Source: Bacteroidia bacterium
Lineage (GTDB): Bacteria > Bacteroidota > Bacteroidia > AKYH767-A > OLB10
Direction of reading: 5' to 3'
Length of the DNA: 58,413 nucleotides
Assembly: GCA_016788185.1 (NCBI GenBank)
Contig: JAEUTF010000197.1
Coordinates: 1-58,413, forward strand
The translations under genes and the position numbers were made by a program. Below, piece after piece: positions 43,295-52,595 of the stretch (within the stretch, counting starts at the first letter, position 1; the number at the start of each line of letters is the position of its first letter). The notes beneath the pieces are model-generated. The model was not told the DNA's origin. It did no database searches and saw nothing but the letters and a program-made list of their open reading frames with translations.

Positions 43295-44069
43295 AATCTG
43301 CCTGATTTTCCTGCTTGTCTTCACGTTAAACACGGGGCCTTCTTTCGCTCAGGTCTCTGGCCGGAGTATCCCTTCGGTCAGTAATTTTGAACTGGACCCC
43401 TTGGGGAATTGCTATTACCAGAGCGGGAGCGACATCATCAAACTAAACAAAGAAGGAAAAGAACTGGTACGATACAGCATGAAGGATCTGGGCCGTCCCT
43501 CCTCTTTCGATGTAGGTAACCCGATGCGCATCCTCGTTTTTTATGCCGAATTTGCCATCATCCGTATCCTTGACAACAACCTGGTGGATCAGTCGGAGCT
43601 CGATCTGCGTACACTCGGTTTACTGCAGCCAAAAGCCATCGCAGGCACCCCGGATCAGGGGATCTGGATTTTCGAAGAAATCTCAGGCGCTCTGATCAAG
43701 CTGGATGCGAAACTGAATACACCGGCCATCTCGGTAGACCTGAACCAGCTGCTGGGGAGGCGACCATCTCCCTCCCGGCTCCTTGCAAACCAGGAGTGGC
43801 TGATCTTTGTTGACCAGCAGGAAGTCATTGTTTTTGACCAATTCGGAACAAAATTCAAATCCATCCCCTTTCACGAAAAGCCCAGGCTGGTGCAAATTGC
43901 AGAAAATGAGCTCACGATTGATTCGGGAGACGAATTGCTGCGGTATCAGTTGCGGTTAAACCAGCTCAGAAAAGAAAAAAGCACGATACCGACAAAGGCG
44001 ATAAAAGCCTATCTCTCAGAGGAGAAATACTGGTTTATACAGGATCAAAACCTGTTTTTAGCGCAATGA
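43275..44069 (+). CDS. hypothetical secreted protein
   Basis: 264 aa. Signal peptide ICLIFLLVFTLNTGPSFAQ, beta-rich. Overlaps the GH3 gene by 20 nt. Confidence 0.6.
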   Translation: MNGVKRKICLIFLLVFTLNTGPSFAQVSGRSIPSVSNFELDPLGNCYYQSGSDIIKLNKEGKELVRYSMKDLGRPSSFDVGNPMRILVFYAEFAIIRILDNNLVDQSELDLRTLGLLQPKAIAGTPDQGIWIFEEISGALIKLDAKLNTPAISVDLNQLLGRRPSPSRLLANQEWLIFVDQQEVIVFDQFGTKFKSIPFHEKPRLVQIAENELTIDSGDELLRYQLRLNQLRKEKSTIPTKAIKAYLSEEKYWFIQDQNLFLAQ

Positions 44070-44107
44070 ACTTTTCAACAGCCTTTGGCTGGCTTGCCCG
44101 CAGCATA

Positions 44108-44115
44108 TATTTTTG
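44108..44115 (+). promoter_or_regulatory. -7 box TATTTTTG upstream of the deoxynucleoside kinase gene
   Basis: Matches TAnnTTTG, 77 nt before ATG 44193 and 50 nt before TTG 44166. Confidence 0.4.
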
Positions 44116-44192
44116 ATCCTTCGGGTAATATCATCAGCCCTGTTTCTCTCTAAAAAAAATAAAAATTGGCTACAAGTTCCCCAACCAAAAAC

Positions 44193-44807
44193 ATGCATAT
44201 TGCCGTGGCAGGCAACATCGGCTCCGGTAAAACCACGCTCACCAGTCTTTTGGCTAAAAATTTAAAATGGGAGCCGCATTACGAAGATGTGGATGACAAT
44301 CCATACCTGAATGATTTTTATGAAGACATGCAGCGATGGTCTTTTAATCTTCAGATCTTCTTCCTGAACAGCCGCTTCAATCAGATTTTAAAAATCCGCA
44401 AGAGCAATAAGACGGTTATTCAGGATCGGACCATTTATGAAGACGCATACATTTTTGCGCCCAACCTGCATGCCATGGGCCTGATGACCACACGCGACTT
44501 CAACAACTACCTGGAATTGTTTAACCTGATGGGGAATTTTGTTCAGGCACCGGATCTGTTGATTTATCTGAGAGGCACCGTGCCGGCTCTGGTCAACCAG
44601 ATCCAAAAACGCGGAAGGGCGTACGAAAATTCCATTCGACTGGATTACCTGAAACGTCTGAACGAACGCTACGAAGCCTGGATTTCGCAATACGAATCAG
44701 GCAAATTGCTCATCATTGATATAGACGATATCAACTTTGCAGAAAACCCGGAACATCTGGGAATGGTGATCAATAAAATCAATGCAGAATTACACGGCTT
44801 GTTCTGA
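44193..44807 (+). CDS. deoxynucleoside kinase
   Basis: MHIAVAGNIGSGKTT P-loop, E-D-PYL-FY, and FQ-FFL-R-DRTIYED motifs of the dNK/dCK/dGK family. ATG 44193 preferred over TTG 44166. Confidence 0.88.
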   Translation: MHIAVAGNIGSGKTTLTSLLAKNLKWEPHYEDVDDNPYLNDFYEDMQRWSFNLQIFFLNSRFNQILKIRKSNKTVIQDRTIYEDAYIFAPNLHAMGLMTTRDFNNYLELFNLMGNFVQAPDLLIYLRGTVPALVNQIQKRGRAYENSIRLDYLKRLNERYEAWISQYESGKLLIIDIDDINFAENPEHLGMVINKINAELHGLF

Positions 44808-44836
44808 GGACTGAGAGAAACTCGCGGGCCCTGGCT

Positions 44837-45400
44837 TTAATTTTTATTCAAACCCCTGAGCACTTGTTTCGTTACATCCAGCGAATCACTGGCCAGGAGA
44901 ATTCCGCCTCCCCTTGAATACCCCAGGATAAAATCATACTGATGACCCTTATTGAACACTTTCAGGTAATTCATCAGGTCGGCATGCAAGGTATCGGTAA
45001 GTGCGGCTTCCTCATTCTTGAGTTTATCGAGCAGGTTATCGCGGTCTTCCATCAGGGCCTGTTGTTTTCGCATCAGTGATTCCTCCCTTAACTGGCGTTC
45101 ACCGGCACTCATCCCTTCCGCCTTGCTCTGGTAGTCCTTTATTTCCCTTTCCAGCGCATTTCCACGTGAAGTAAGCAACTGATCCAGGCTGTCCCTTTTC
45201 TTCTCCATACGATCCTGCATCGCTTTAAAAAGCGAATAACTTTCCATCAGGGAATCAGAGTTGACAAACACAATCCTGGATGCTGCAGCCTGTCCGCTCA
45301 CCGGAATGACTACCTCTTCCTCCTGAGAATAGTGCTTGTAATACAGGAAACCGACTGCAAAAAGCAGTATGATATTGATAATCAATGATACTTGTTTCAA
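44837..45400 (-). CDS. OmpH/Skp family periplasmic chaperone
   Basis: Signal anchor KQVSLIINIILLFAVGFLYY, then a coiled-coil with Skp-like layout. The start is proposed at the in-frame TTG at 45400, 15 nt after the minus-strand -7 box TATCTTTG (45416-45423). ATG 45448 would lie upstream of that box. Confidence 0.72.
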   Translation of the reverse strand: MKQVSLIINIILLFAVGFLYYKHYSQEEEVVIPVSGQAAASRIVFVNSDSLMESYSLFKAMQDRMEKKRDSLDQLLTSRGNALEREIKDYQSKAEGMSAGERQLREESLMRKQQALMEDRDNLLDKLKNEEAALTDTLHADLMNYLKVFNKGHQYDFILGYSRGGGILLASDSLDVTKQVLRGLNKN

Positions 45401-45415
45401 GGCGCTTGTTTTTTG

Positions 45416-45423
45416 CAAAGATA
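45416..45423 (-). promoter_or_regulatory. -7 box TATCTTTG upstream of the OmpH/Skp gene
   Basis: Matches TAnnTTTG on the minus strand, 15 nt before the in-frame TTG at 45400. Confidence 0.5.
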
Positions 45424-45466
45424 GAAAAGCACAGGTTAAACGCGTCATCCGAACGCTCCGGCAATG

Positions 45467-45474
45467 TACCTTTG
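45467..45474 (+). promoter_or_regulatory. -7 box TACCTTTG upstream of prfC
   Basis: Matches TAnnTTTG, 17 nt before ATG 45492. Confidence 0.55.
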
Positions 45475-45491
45475 CAGGTTCATAGTAAATC

Positions 45492-47093
45492 ATGGGATTC
45501 AACGAGGAAATCAAGAAGAGAAGGACTTTTGCGATCATCAGCCACCCCGATGCCGGAAAAACCACATTAACGGAGAAATTTCTGCTTTTTGGAGGTGCCA
45601 TCCAAACCGCCGGCGCTGTCAAATCCAATAAAATCAAAAAGAGCGCCACCTCCGACTTTATGGAGATAGAAAGACAGCGTGGTATCTCCGTAGCCACCTC
45701 GGTGATGAACTTCGAGTACAAGGACACCCTGATCACTCTGCTGGATACGCCTGGTCACAAGGATTTTGCGGAAGACACCTACCGCACCCTGACGGCAGTG
45801 GACAGTGTCATTCTGGTGGTGGATTGCCAGAAAGGTGTGGAGGAGCAAACCTACAAACTGATGGAAGTTTGCCGGATGCGGGATACACCGGTAATCATTT
45901 TTGTAAATAAAATGGACCGTGAAGGGAAATACCCTTTCGACCTGCTGGATGAACTGGAAAATAAGTTGAAAATCAAAGTCAGACCGCTCAGCTGGCCGAT
46001 CAGTATGGGGCAAACTTTTAAAGGGGTGTATAACCTGTACGACAAAAGCCTCTATGCCTTCACACCCGGAACAGATAAAAAGCCCGAAGGAATCAGCATA
46101 AAGAGCCTTTCCGATCCGACACTCGACCAATTGGCGGGTACATATGCGCAGCAATTACGAGAAGATGTAGACCTGATTGAAGGGGTTTATGAGAACTTCG
46201 ATACCCATGATTACCTGGAAGGCAAGCTCGCTCCGGTATTTTTCGGATCTGCCATTAACAATTTCGGGGTGAAGGAGATGCTCGATACCTTCATTGAAAT
46301 TTCTCCGGTTCCGGGCAGTCGTCCCACTGATAAACGGGAGGTAAATCCGGAAGACAAGCAATTCACCGGCTTCATCTTTAAAATCCACGCCAACCTCGAC
46401 CCCCGGCACAGAGACCGGATTGCCTTCCTGCGGGTTTGCAGCGGGAAATTTGAAAGGGGCAAATTCTACCATCATGTACGGCTCGACAAGGATTTACGCT
46501 TCAACAACCCGGCTACCTTTCTCGGGCAGAGCAAGAGCATCGTCGACGAAGCGTATCCAGGCGATGTAATTGGCTTGTATGACTCGGGCAATTTCAAAAT
46601 CGGGGATACACTGACCGAGGGTGAAAACATGAACTTCCAGGGAATACCCAGTTTTTCACCTGAAATTTTCAAGGAATTGGTCAACACCGATCCGATGAAA
46701 ACGAAACAACTGGAGAAAGGCATCGCTCAGTTGACGGATGAAGGGGTTGCTCAATTGTTTATTCAATACGGCGGAAACAGGAAAATTGTAGGTACGGTAG
46801 GCGAACTTCAGTTTGAAGTCATACAATACCGCCTGGAACACGAGTATGGCGCTTCCTGCCGTTTCAACATGATCAGTGTTTTCAAAGCCTGCTGGATCAC
46901 TTCCGAGAACAAGGAAAAGCTGGATGAGTTTGTGCGTTTCCGGCAGCACCAGGTAGCTTCAGACAAAGACGGGAACTTGGTTTATCTGGCCGATTCGCAG
47001 TGGATGCTTGATCAAATGATTAAAAACTATCCGGAAGTTCAGTTTCATTTCACTTCCGAATTCAAACGAAAAGCCCTCAGCGAAAATCAATAA
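45492..47093 (+). CDS. prfC: peptide chain release factor 3
   Basis: [19 protein letters not shown] (G1), DTPGHKDF (G3), NKMD (G4). 533 aa. Confidence 0.95.
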   Translation: MGFNEEIKKRRTFAIISHPDAGKTTLTEKFLLFGGAIQTAGAVKSNKIKKSATSDFMEIERQRGISVATSVMNFEYKDTLITLLDTPGHKDFAEDTYRTLTAVDSVILVVDCQKGVEEQTYKLMEVCRMRDTPVIIFVNKMDREGKYPFDLLDELENKLKIKVRPLSWPISMGQTFKGVYNLYDKSLYAFTPGTDKKPEGISIKSLSDPTLDQLAGTYAQQLREDVDLIEGVYENFDTHDYLEGKLAPVFFGSAINNFGVKEMLDTFIEISPVPGSRPTDKREVNPEDKQFTGFIFKIHANLDPRHRDRIAFLRVCSGKFERGKFYHHVRLDKDLRFNNPATFLGQSKSIVDEAYPGDVIGLYDSGNFKIGDTLTEGENMNFQGIPSFSPEIFKELVNTDPMKTKQLEKGIAQLTDEGVAQLFIQYGGNRKIVGTVGELQFEVIQYRLEHEYGASCRFNMISVFKACWITSENKEKLDEFVRFRQHQVASDKDGNLVYLADSQWMLDQMIKNYPEVQFHFTSEFKRKALSENQ

Positions 47094-47110
47094 ACGCGGC
47101 AAAGGCCTGG

Positions 47111-47983
47111 TCAGGTTTTCGAAGAAAAAGTCCATTCAAGGAAACGAGGGAATACCTCCGCCCAGGTGGCTTCGTTGTGTTCGCCGCCCTCGATCTCCAG
47201 GTACTCCAATTCACGGCCCATTTCATATCCCAGCGATTGCAGTTCAGCAATTAGGTCCAGGGTATCCTCTATCGAATCAATGATCCCGTTATTGTTCCTG
47301 TCGGAAACTTCGTCAAGGGTTCCGCACTGGAACCAAAACGACTGCTTGCTCTTGGCATCGGTCGCCCTGACCATTTTGTGCATGATACGGTCGCTGTTGT
47401 CATCGTATCCACTGTCATAGCCCTTACTTCTCCACCAGAAAGAACCTGAAAATACACCGGCTTTCCCAAATACATGCGGGTAATTCCAGGCAATATCAAA
47501 CGCGCTCAACCCTCCCAGGGAAAACCCCGCAATGGCCTTCTCCCCGGGGGTATCCCTCAGCCGGAAGTTCTTTTTCATTAAGGGTAAAAGCTCATTCACC
47601 ACAAAACGGCTGTACTTTGATGCTTTATCACCCCGGCTTTTATAATCCGGCACACCGGCCACGCCGTATTCATGAAGACGATTGTGTGCATGGACACCGG
47701 CCACTATCAGCGGAGGTATCCTGTTTTCCTGATAGAGTTTGAACAGCGTTTCTTTCACCTTCACTTTGTGCAGGAGTTGCCCGTCGTTGAGTAAAAGAAA
47801 GGGAAAGGAAAACTGGGGTGTCACGTCGTACCAGGGAGGAAGCAACACTTCAATTTTTACATTTCTCCGAAGTGCCGCTGAATAAAAATCCTCGATAAAA
47901 ACACTTTTTATCAGCGACTCATGCGGTTTCTTTTCAGGGGATTTCTTCAAGCCGGTATGCTTTTCTGTTATGTACGCTGTCAT
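47111..47983 (-). CDS. alpha/beta hydrolase, putative esterase (esterase D / enterochelin-esterase-like)
   Basis: Nucleophile elbow GFSLGG. ATG 47983 was chosen because the track start TTG 48001 lies inside the -7 box at 47999-48006. Confidence 0.8.
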   Translation of the reverse strand: MTAYITEKHTGLKKSPEKKPHESLIKSVFIEDFYSAALRRNVKIEVLLPPWYDVTPQFSFPFLLLNDGQLLHKVKVKETLFKLYQENRIPPLIVAGVHAHNRLHEYGVAGVPDYKSRGDKASKYSRFVVNELLPLMKKNFRLRDTPGEKAIAGFSLGGLSAFDIAWNYPHVFGKAGVFSGSFWWRSKGYDSGYDDNSDRIMHKMVRATDAKSKQSFWFQCGTLDEVSDRNNNGIIDSIEDTLDLIAELQSLGYEMGRELEYLEIEGGEHNEATWAEVFPRFLEWTFSSKT

Positions 47984-47998
47984 TACCTGGTATTCCGG

Positions 47999-48006
47999 CA
48001 AAAGTA
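47999..48006 (-). promoter_or_regulatory. -7 box TACTTTTG upstream of the esterase gene
   Basis: Matches TAnnTTTG on the minus strand, 15 nt before ATG 47983. Confidence 0.5.
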
Positions 48007-48088
48007 ATCTCTTCAGCCTTGAAGGGAACCCTGCAGTTGAAAAATACGCAACAGTTTACAACAGAAAAATGTGAACAGGATGCAGGTA

Positions 48089-48712
48089 TTACTTTGATAC
48101 CGTCTGATACTGCAACTCACCGCGTTCTATCTGTTGCACGATGGATTCGATCAGGGCATCTTCGGCCTGGGCATTATAGGTTGACTTCAGGTTGGAACCG
48201 AAAAGCCGGGCAATCCCTTGCCAGAAAAAGGCCTGCAGTGAGCCCCGTAATTCCTTCACCAGGGCATACGACGTGGACCCGGTTTCACGGTCAATCAGCT
48301 TGATCAGAATTCTGCCCTGTGTAACGGTCAGTTTCTTTAAATCCTTTTCAAACTGCTTTTTTAAATCCGCTTCGGTGTGCTTGATAAATTTCTTCCGCAG
48401 CTTTTCATTCGGAATATTGGCCACGCTGTCATTGATGAATTTCAGTTGGGATGCGGCCAGCCTTGCATATGGATAAGCCCTTAAAACATCTCTTCTCAAT
48501 TTTAAATAGGCCTTCATTTTGGCGGCAGCCTCCGGAGAAATGCTCGCGTAGATTTCAGCAGGAGCCAGGTTGATCAGTGGAACCGTATCTCCGTCCACTA
48601 CAGAAGCCAGCACTTTATAACGACCGTCGGGCATTTGCACCTGTGCCTCCGCAAGAACAGCGGAAATCATGCTCATAAACAGTACGATTGCTTTTTTCAT
48701 GCCACGGTTCAT
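48089..48712 (-). CDS. DUF4294 family secreted protein
   Basis: Signal peptide KKAIVLFMSMISAVLAEAQ. LTVTQGRILIKLIDRETGSTSYALVKELRGSLQAFFWQGIARLFG is the conserved DUF4294 core. It starts 20 nt after the accC stop. Confidence 0.75.
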   Translation of the reverse strand: MNRGMKKAIVLFMSMISAVLAEAQVQMPDGRYKVLASVVDGDTVPLINLAPAEIYASISPEAAAKMKAYLKLRRDVLRAYPYARLAASQLKFINDSVANIPNEKLRKKFIKHTEADLKKQFEKDLKKLTVTQGRILIKLIDRETGSTSYALVKELRGSLQAFFWQGIARLFGSNLKSTYNAQAEDALIESIVQQIERGELQYQTVSK

Positions 48713-48732
48713 ACCCTAAATACGTGCCAAAC

Positions 48733-50229
48733 TCAGGATCGGTTCAACTTCCAGGCAGATATTTGCCCGGAACTTTTGGCAAAAACGCCGGTTCTGCCGC
48801 TTTTATTTTCCTGATTCTGCAAATGACAGGCCATGAGGGCGGCTGCGCTGACTTCCTTTTCTGATAACTGAGGCTTCAGATGATCAGGACTAAAATAGCG
48901 TGACACAAAATGGGTATCAAAATTACCAGAGGTAAAGGCTTCGTGTTCCATCACAAAACGGCAAAACGGTAGGGTTGTTTCACAACCCACGATGGTATAT
49001 TCATCGATGGCCCTGATCATTCTATCGATCGCCTCTTTCCGGTTCTCACCCCAGGTGATCAGTTTGGCGATCATCGGGTCATAGTAGATGGGTATATCCA
49101 TGCCTTCCTCAAATCCGTCATCGACCCGTACACCCGGCCCTTGCGGGCGCACGTAACGGACTAATTTTCCAATATCCGGCAGGAAGTTATTCGCAGGATC
49201 TTCGGCATACACCCTGACTTCAACAGCGTGTCCGTTTATTTTAAGGTCGTCCTGCCCAAACGACAAGGGATGACCTTCTGCGATACGAATCTGCTCCTTC
49301 ACCAGGTCCACTCCGGTGATCATTTCGGTGACCGGGTGTTCCACCTGTAATCGGGTGTTCATTTCCAGAAAATAGAAGTTCAGCTGTTCATCCATCAGAA
49401 ATTCAACCGTACCTGCTCCCACATAATTACAGGAGCGCGCCACCTGCACTGCACATTCACCCATGGCTTTCCGGATCTCCGGAGTTAAAATGGAGCTGGG
49501 CGCCTCTTCCACTACCTTTTGATGCCTGCGTTGCACGGAACATTCCCGTTCGAACAGGTAAACAATATTCCCATGGAGGTCGCCCAGCACCTGGATTTCA
49601 ATGTGACGCGGCGAACCAACGTAGCGCTCAATGAAAACGGAACCATCGCCAAAGGCCGAGGTGGCTTCGCTTACCGCCCTTTGCAACATTTCATCAAATT
49701 GTTCCTCCCCTTCCACAATTCTCATTCCCTTCCCACCCCCTCCGGCAGAAGCCTTTATCAGAATCGGGAAACCTACCTCCCTGGCCACCAGCCGTGCCTT
49801 GTCCACATCGGTGATGGCATAATCGGTTCCGGGAACAAGCGGTATGTTGTATTTCCTGGCCGCAGCCTTGGCGGCCAGTTTACTACCCATCACTTCCATC
49901 GACTCCGGAGAGGGTCCGATCAGGGTTAAACCGGCCGTTTTTACGGCACGGGCAAAAGCGGGATTTTCAGATAAAAAACCATAGCCGGGATGTATGGCCT
50001 GAGCAACTGTTTTCAAGGCAGCATCGATGATTTTATCGATCAGCAGGTAACTTTGATTCGAGGGAGGAGGACCTATACACACTGCTTCATCCGCATACCT
50101 GACCTGGAGTGAATTGCGATCCGCCTCGGAATACACGGCCACGGTTTTAATACCCATTTCCCGGGCTGAGCGCATGATTCTCAGGGCTATTTCACCCCGG
50201 TTAGCAATAAGGATTTTTGTAAATTTCAT
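48733..50229 (-). CDS. accC: biotin carboxylase (acetyl/acyl-CoA carboxylase subunit)
   Basis: KILIANRGEIA, KASAGGGGKGMR and LEMNTRLQVEHPVTE. 498 aa, with about 45 aa extra at the C-terminus compared with ~450-aa AccC proteins. Confidence 0.92.
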   Translation of the reverse strand: MKFTKILIANRGEIALRIMRSAREMGIKTVAVYSEADRNSLQVRYADEAVCIGPPPSNQSYLLIDKIIDAALKTVAQAIHPGYGFLSENPAFARAVKTAGLTLIGPSPESMEVMGSKLAAKAAARKYNIPLVPGTDYAITDVDKARLVAREVGFPILIKASAGGGGKGMRIVEGEEQFDEMLQRAVSEATSAFGDGSVFIERYVGSPRHIEIQVLGDLHGNIVYLFERECSVQRRHQKVVEEAPSSILTPEIRKAMGECAVQVARSCNYVGAGTVEFLMDEQLNFYFLEMNTRLQVEHPVTEMITGVDLVKEQIRIAEGHPLSFGQDDLKINGHAVEVRVYAEDPANNFLPDIGKLVRYVRPQGPGVRVDDGFEEGMDIPIYYDPMIAKLITWGENRKEAIDRMIRAIDEYTIVGCETTLPFCRFVMEHEAFTSGNFDTHFVSRYFSPDHLKPQLSEKEVSAAALMACHLQNQENKSGRTGVFAKSSGQISAWKLNRS

Positions 50230-50400
50230 CGGGTAAAACTACTAATGTTCGGCCTAAAATTAAAAAAGGCCCTATTCCATCCATCGGTGTTCGCTGTGGC
50301 AGGTGCACCGGTCTGAGTTCAACCGGATAAAACACGTGTACCGTGTACCCTGCTTTACTGCAGCCTGCTTACTACCCGCCAACGACTTTCGATGGAAAAC

Positions 50401-51060
50401 TCAGAGCAGTTTTTCCATTTGCTCTTTTGCATGTCTCCGGGAACCATCCTGCACAGGCGGCATGGTTTTGAAAAGATGATCCCACACAGGCATGGATACA
50501 CCAAATGCCGAATCTTCGGACTTATAATGATGCAGCGCATGGTGGGTCCATAGAATCCTGAAAAAATTAGCCGGCGGCCTGAAGCGGTGTACGGCATAGT
50601 GGATGAGGAGGTAAGTGGAATACCCTGACAAAAATCCAGGAAAGAATAACAATACCTCCTCTTCAAAAATTACTGAAAAGAAACCGTAAAAGAGCAAGGC
50701 GATGAGAATCGATAAAACCGGTGGCATCACCAGGCGGTCTTTGTCTTTGGGGAATTCGTGATGAACACCATGAATTTTATACTTCAGTATTTTTTGCCGT
50801 TCGGTGGAGGCATGAAAGTGAAACAGCCAGCGATGGATGGAATACTCCACCAGGGAAAAGACCAGCAGTCCAAGGGGGAAATAATAGATCAATCTCCACA
50901 ATTGCAGGCCGGGCTTCAATGTCGCATATGAAACAAGGAGGATTGCAAGAATGAAATAGAGCGTAACCGGAATAGCAAAATGCGTTCTCGTCAGTGCTTC
51001 CAGAAAGCGATTGCTGAAAAGCGACGTGGTTCCTTTGTTTTTGATGTGGTAGGATCTCAT
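50401..51060 (-). CDS. fatty acid hydroxylase / sterol desaturase family membrane protein
   Basis: His boxes HRWLFH, HGVHHEFP, HYAVH and HHALHHY, with 4 TM segments. ATG 51060 lies 17 nt after the -7 box at 51078-51085. Confidence 0.82.
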   Translation of the reverse strand: MRSYHIKNKGTTSLFSNRFLEALTRTHFAIPVTLYFILAILLVSYATLKPGLQLWRLIYYFPLGLLVFSLVEYSIHRWLFHFHASTERQKILKYKIHGVHHEFPKDKDRLVMPPVLSILIALLFYGFFSVIFEEEVLLFFPGFLSGYSTYLLIHYAVHRFRPPANFFRILWTHHALHHYKSEDSAFGVSMPVWDHLFKTMPPVQDGSRRHAKEQMEKLL

Positions 51061-51077
51061 GAAAAACAATTGTCAGG

Positions 51078-51085
51078 CAAATATA
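51078..51085 (-). promoter_or_regulatory. -7 box TATATTTG upstream of the fatty acid hydroxylase gene
   Basis: Matches TAnnTTTG on the minus strand, 17 nt before ATG 51060. Confidence 0.5.
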
Positions 51086-51203
51086 TAGCGAAAAAACCGG
51101 ACAAACATTGTGCTTAAAACCGAAAAAAAACGGTTTCACGATTAAAAATCTACGTTCCGGTACATCACTTCGCCATTCATCATCCGGCTTTCCTTTTTGC
51201 ACA

Positions 51204-51234
51204 CAAAAAAAAGACCCGGATATTTCCAGGTCTT
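51204..51234 (-). terminator. intrinsic terminator after sucC
   Basis: On the minus strand: stem AAGACCTGG / CCGGGTCTT (one mismatch), then TTTTTTTT. Confidence 0.75.
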
Positions 51235-51258
51235 TCTTCATGAGATGTTGTTTTCCAA

Positions 51259-52449
51259 TCAGGCCACTACCTTTTGAACGAGATCGGCCGCTTCCTTCAA
51301 TTCAATCGCCGAGAAAACCTTGAGGCCACTGGCATCGATCAGCTTTTTAGCTTCATCGGCATTGGTACCCTGCAACCTTACAATGATGGGAACCGGTATT
51401 TCGCCGATATTTTTGTAGGCATCTACAATGCCCTGAGCCACCCGGTCGCAACGTACAATACCCCCAAAGATATTGACCAGAATTGCTTTAACATTCGGAT
51501 CCTTCAGGATGATACGGAAGGCCTGTTCCACCCTGGCCGCATTGGCAGTACCACCCACGTCAAGAAAATTCGCCGGTTCACCACCCGCCAGTTTAATGAT
51601 ATCCATGGTAGCCATGGCGAGGCCGGCTCCATTCACCATACAACCCACATTGCCGTCGAGTTTCACATAATTCAGATTGTGCTCGGCCGCTTCCACTTCG
51701 GTTGGATCCTCCTCGAGGATGTCACGCATGGCTTCGTATTCGGGATGCCTGAACAACCCGTTTTCATCCAGGTTCACCTTGGCATCTACCGCGATAATTT
51801 TGTCATCGGATGTTTTTAAAACCGGATTGATCTCAAAAAGGGAGGAATCCGTTTGATCGTATGCTTTGTACAAGGCGCTTACAAAGCGTGTCATCTCTTT
51901 GAATGCATTTCCACTCAAGCCGAGGTTAAAAGCTATTTTTCTGGCCTGAAAGGGTTGGAGGCCGACTTTGGGGTCTACCTCCTCTTTAAAAATCCGTTCC
52001 GGTGTTTTTTCGGCTACCTCTTCAATATCCATTCCGCCTTCTGTAGAATACATGATAATATTACGGCCGGATTGCCGGTTAAGTAAAACACTCATATAAA
52101 ACTCAGCGGTTTTGGAAGCACCCGGGTAATATACATCCTGGGCAATAAGCACCTTGTGCACTTTCTTGCCTTGTGCACCGGTTTGAGGGGTGACCAGATT
52201 CATTCCAATAATTTGCTCTGCTTTCTCGCGAAGTTCATCGAGATTTTTAGCCAGCTTTACACCACCGCCTTTACCTCTGCCACCGGCATGAATCTGAGCT
52301 TTTACCACCCACCATTGCGTTCCGGTTTGCTCCGTTAGCTTTTTTGCAGCTTCTATCGCCTGATCAGCCGTTTCCGCAACTATACCTTCCTGGATGGCTA
52401 CCCCAAAGCTTTTTAAAATTTGCTTCCCCTGATATTCGTGTACATTCAT
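51259..52449 (-). CDS. sucC: succinate--CoA ligase (ADP-forming) beta subunit
   Basis: MNVHEYQGKQILK, AGGRGKGGGVKL and NIFGGIVRCD. 396 aa. Terminator at 51204-51234. Confidence 0.95.
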   Translation of the reverse strand: MNVHEYQGKQILKSFGVAIQEGIVAETADQAIEAAKKLTEQTGTQWWVVKAQIHAGGRGKGGGVKLAKNLDELREKAEQIIGMNLVTPQTGAQGKKVHKVLIAQDVYYPGASKTAEFYMSVLLNRQSGRNIIMYSTEGGMDIEEVAEKTPERIFKEEVDPKVGLQPFQARKIAFNLGLSGNAFKEMTRFVSALYKAYDQTDSSLFEINPVLKTSDDKIIAVDAKVNLDENGLFRHPEYEAMRDILEEDPTEVEAAEHNLNYVKLDGNVGCMVNGAGLAMATMDIIKLAGGEPANFLDVGGTANAARVEQAFRIILKDPNVKAILVNIFGGIVRCDRVAQGIVDAYKNIGEIPVPIIVRLQGTNADEAKKLIDASGLKVFSAIELKEAADLVQKVVA

Positions 52450-52468
52450 TTTATTATTTTCTTATTCG

Positions 52469-52476
52469 CAAAAATA
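52469..52476 (-). promoter_or_regulatory. -7 box TATTTTTG upstream of sucC
   Basis: Matches TAnnTTTG on the minus strand, 19 nt before ATG 52449. Confidence 0.55.
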
Positions 52477-52595
52477 GAAAAAAGCCCAAGGCGGGAAACT
52501 TCCCGTCTGCCTATTTTCAGCTATTTTTTACAAAAATTCATGAGGGCTTTCAGCCCTTCTCCCCGGCTTTAAAGTCCCCTACAGAAGCAGGCCGA

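Noticed and set aside
50230-50400. A 171-nt gap with a tandem 7-mer (GTGTACC x2 at 50336-50349) and short hairpins, considered as a small RNA or repeat element. The 189-213-nt gaps at 3098-3306, 17869-18081 and 51070-51258 were considered in the same way as 6S-type or other sRNAs.
   Set aside because: The repeat is only two copies. I saw no extended end-to-end pairing or conserved RNA motif. The gaps are adequately explained by promoters and terminators of the flanking genes.
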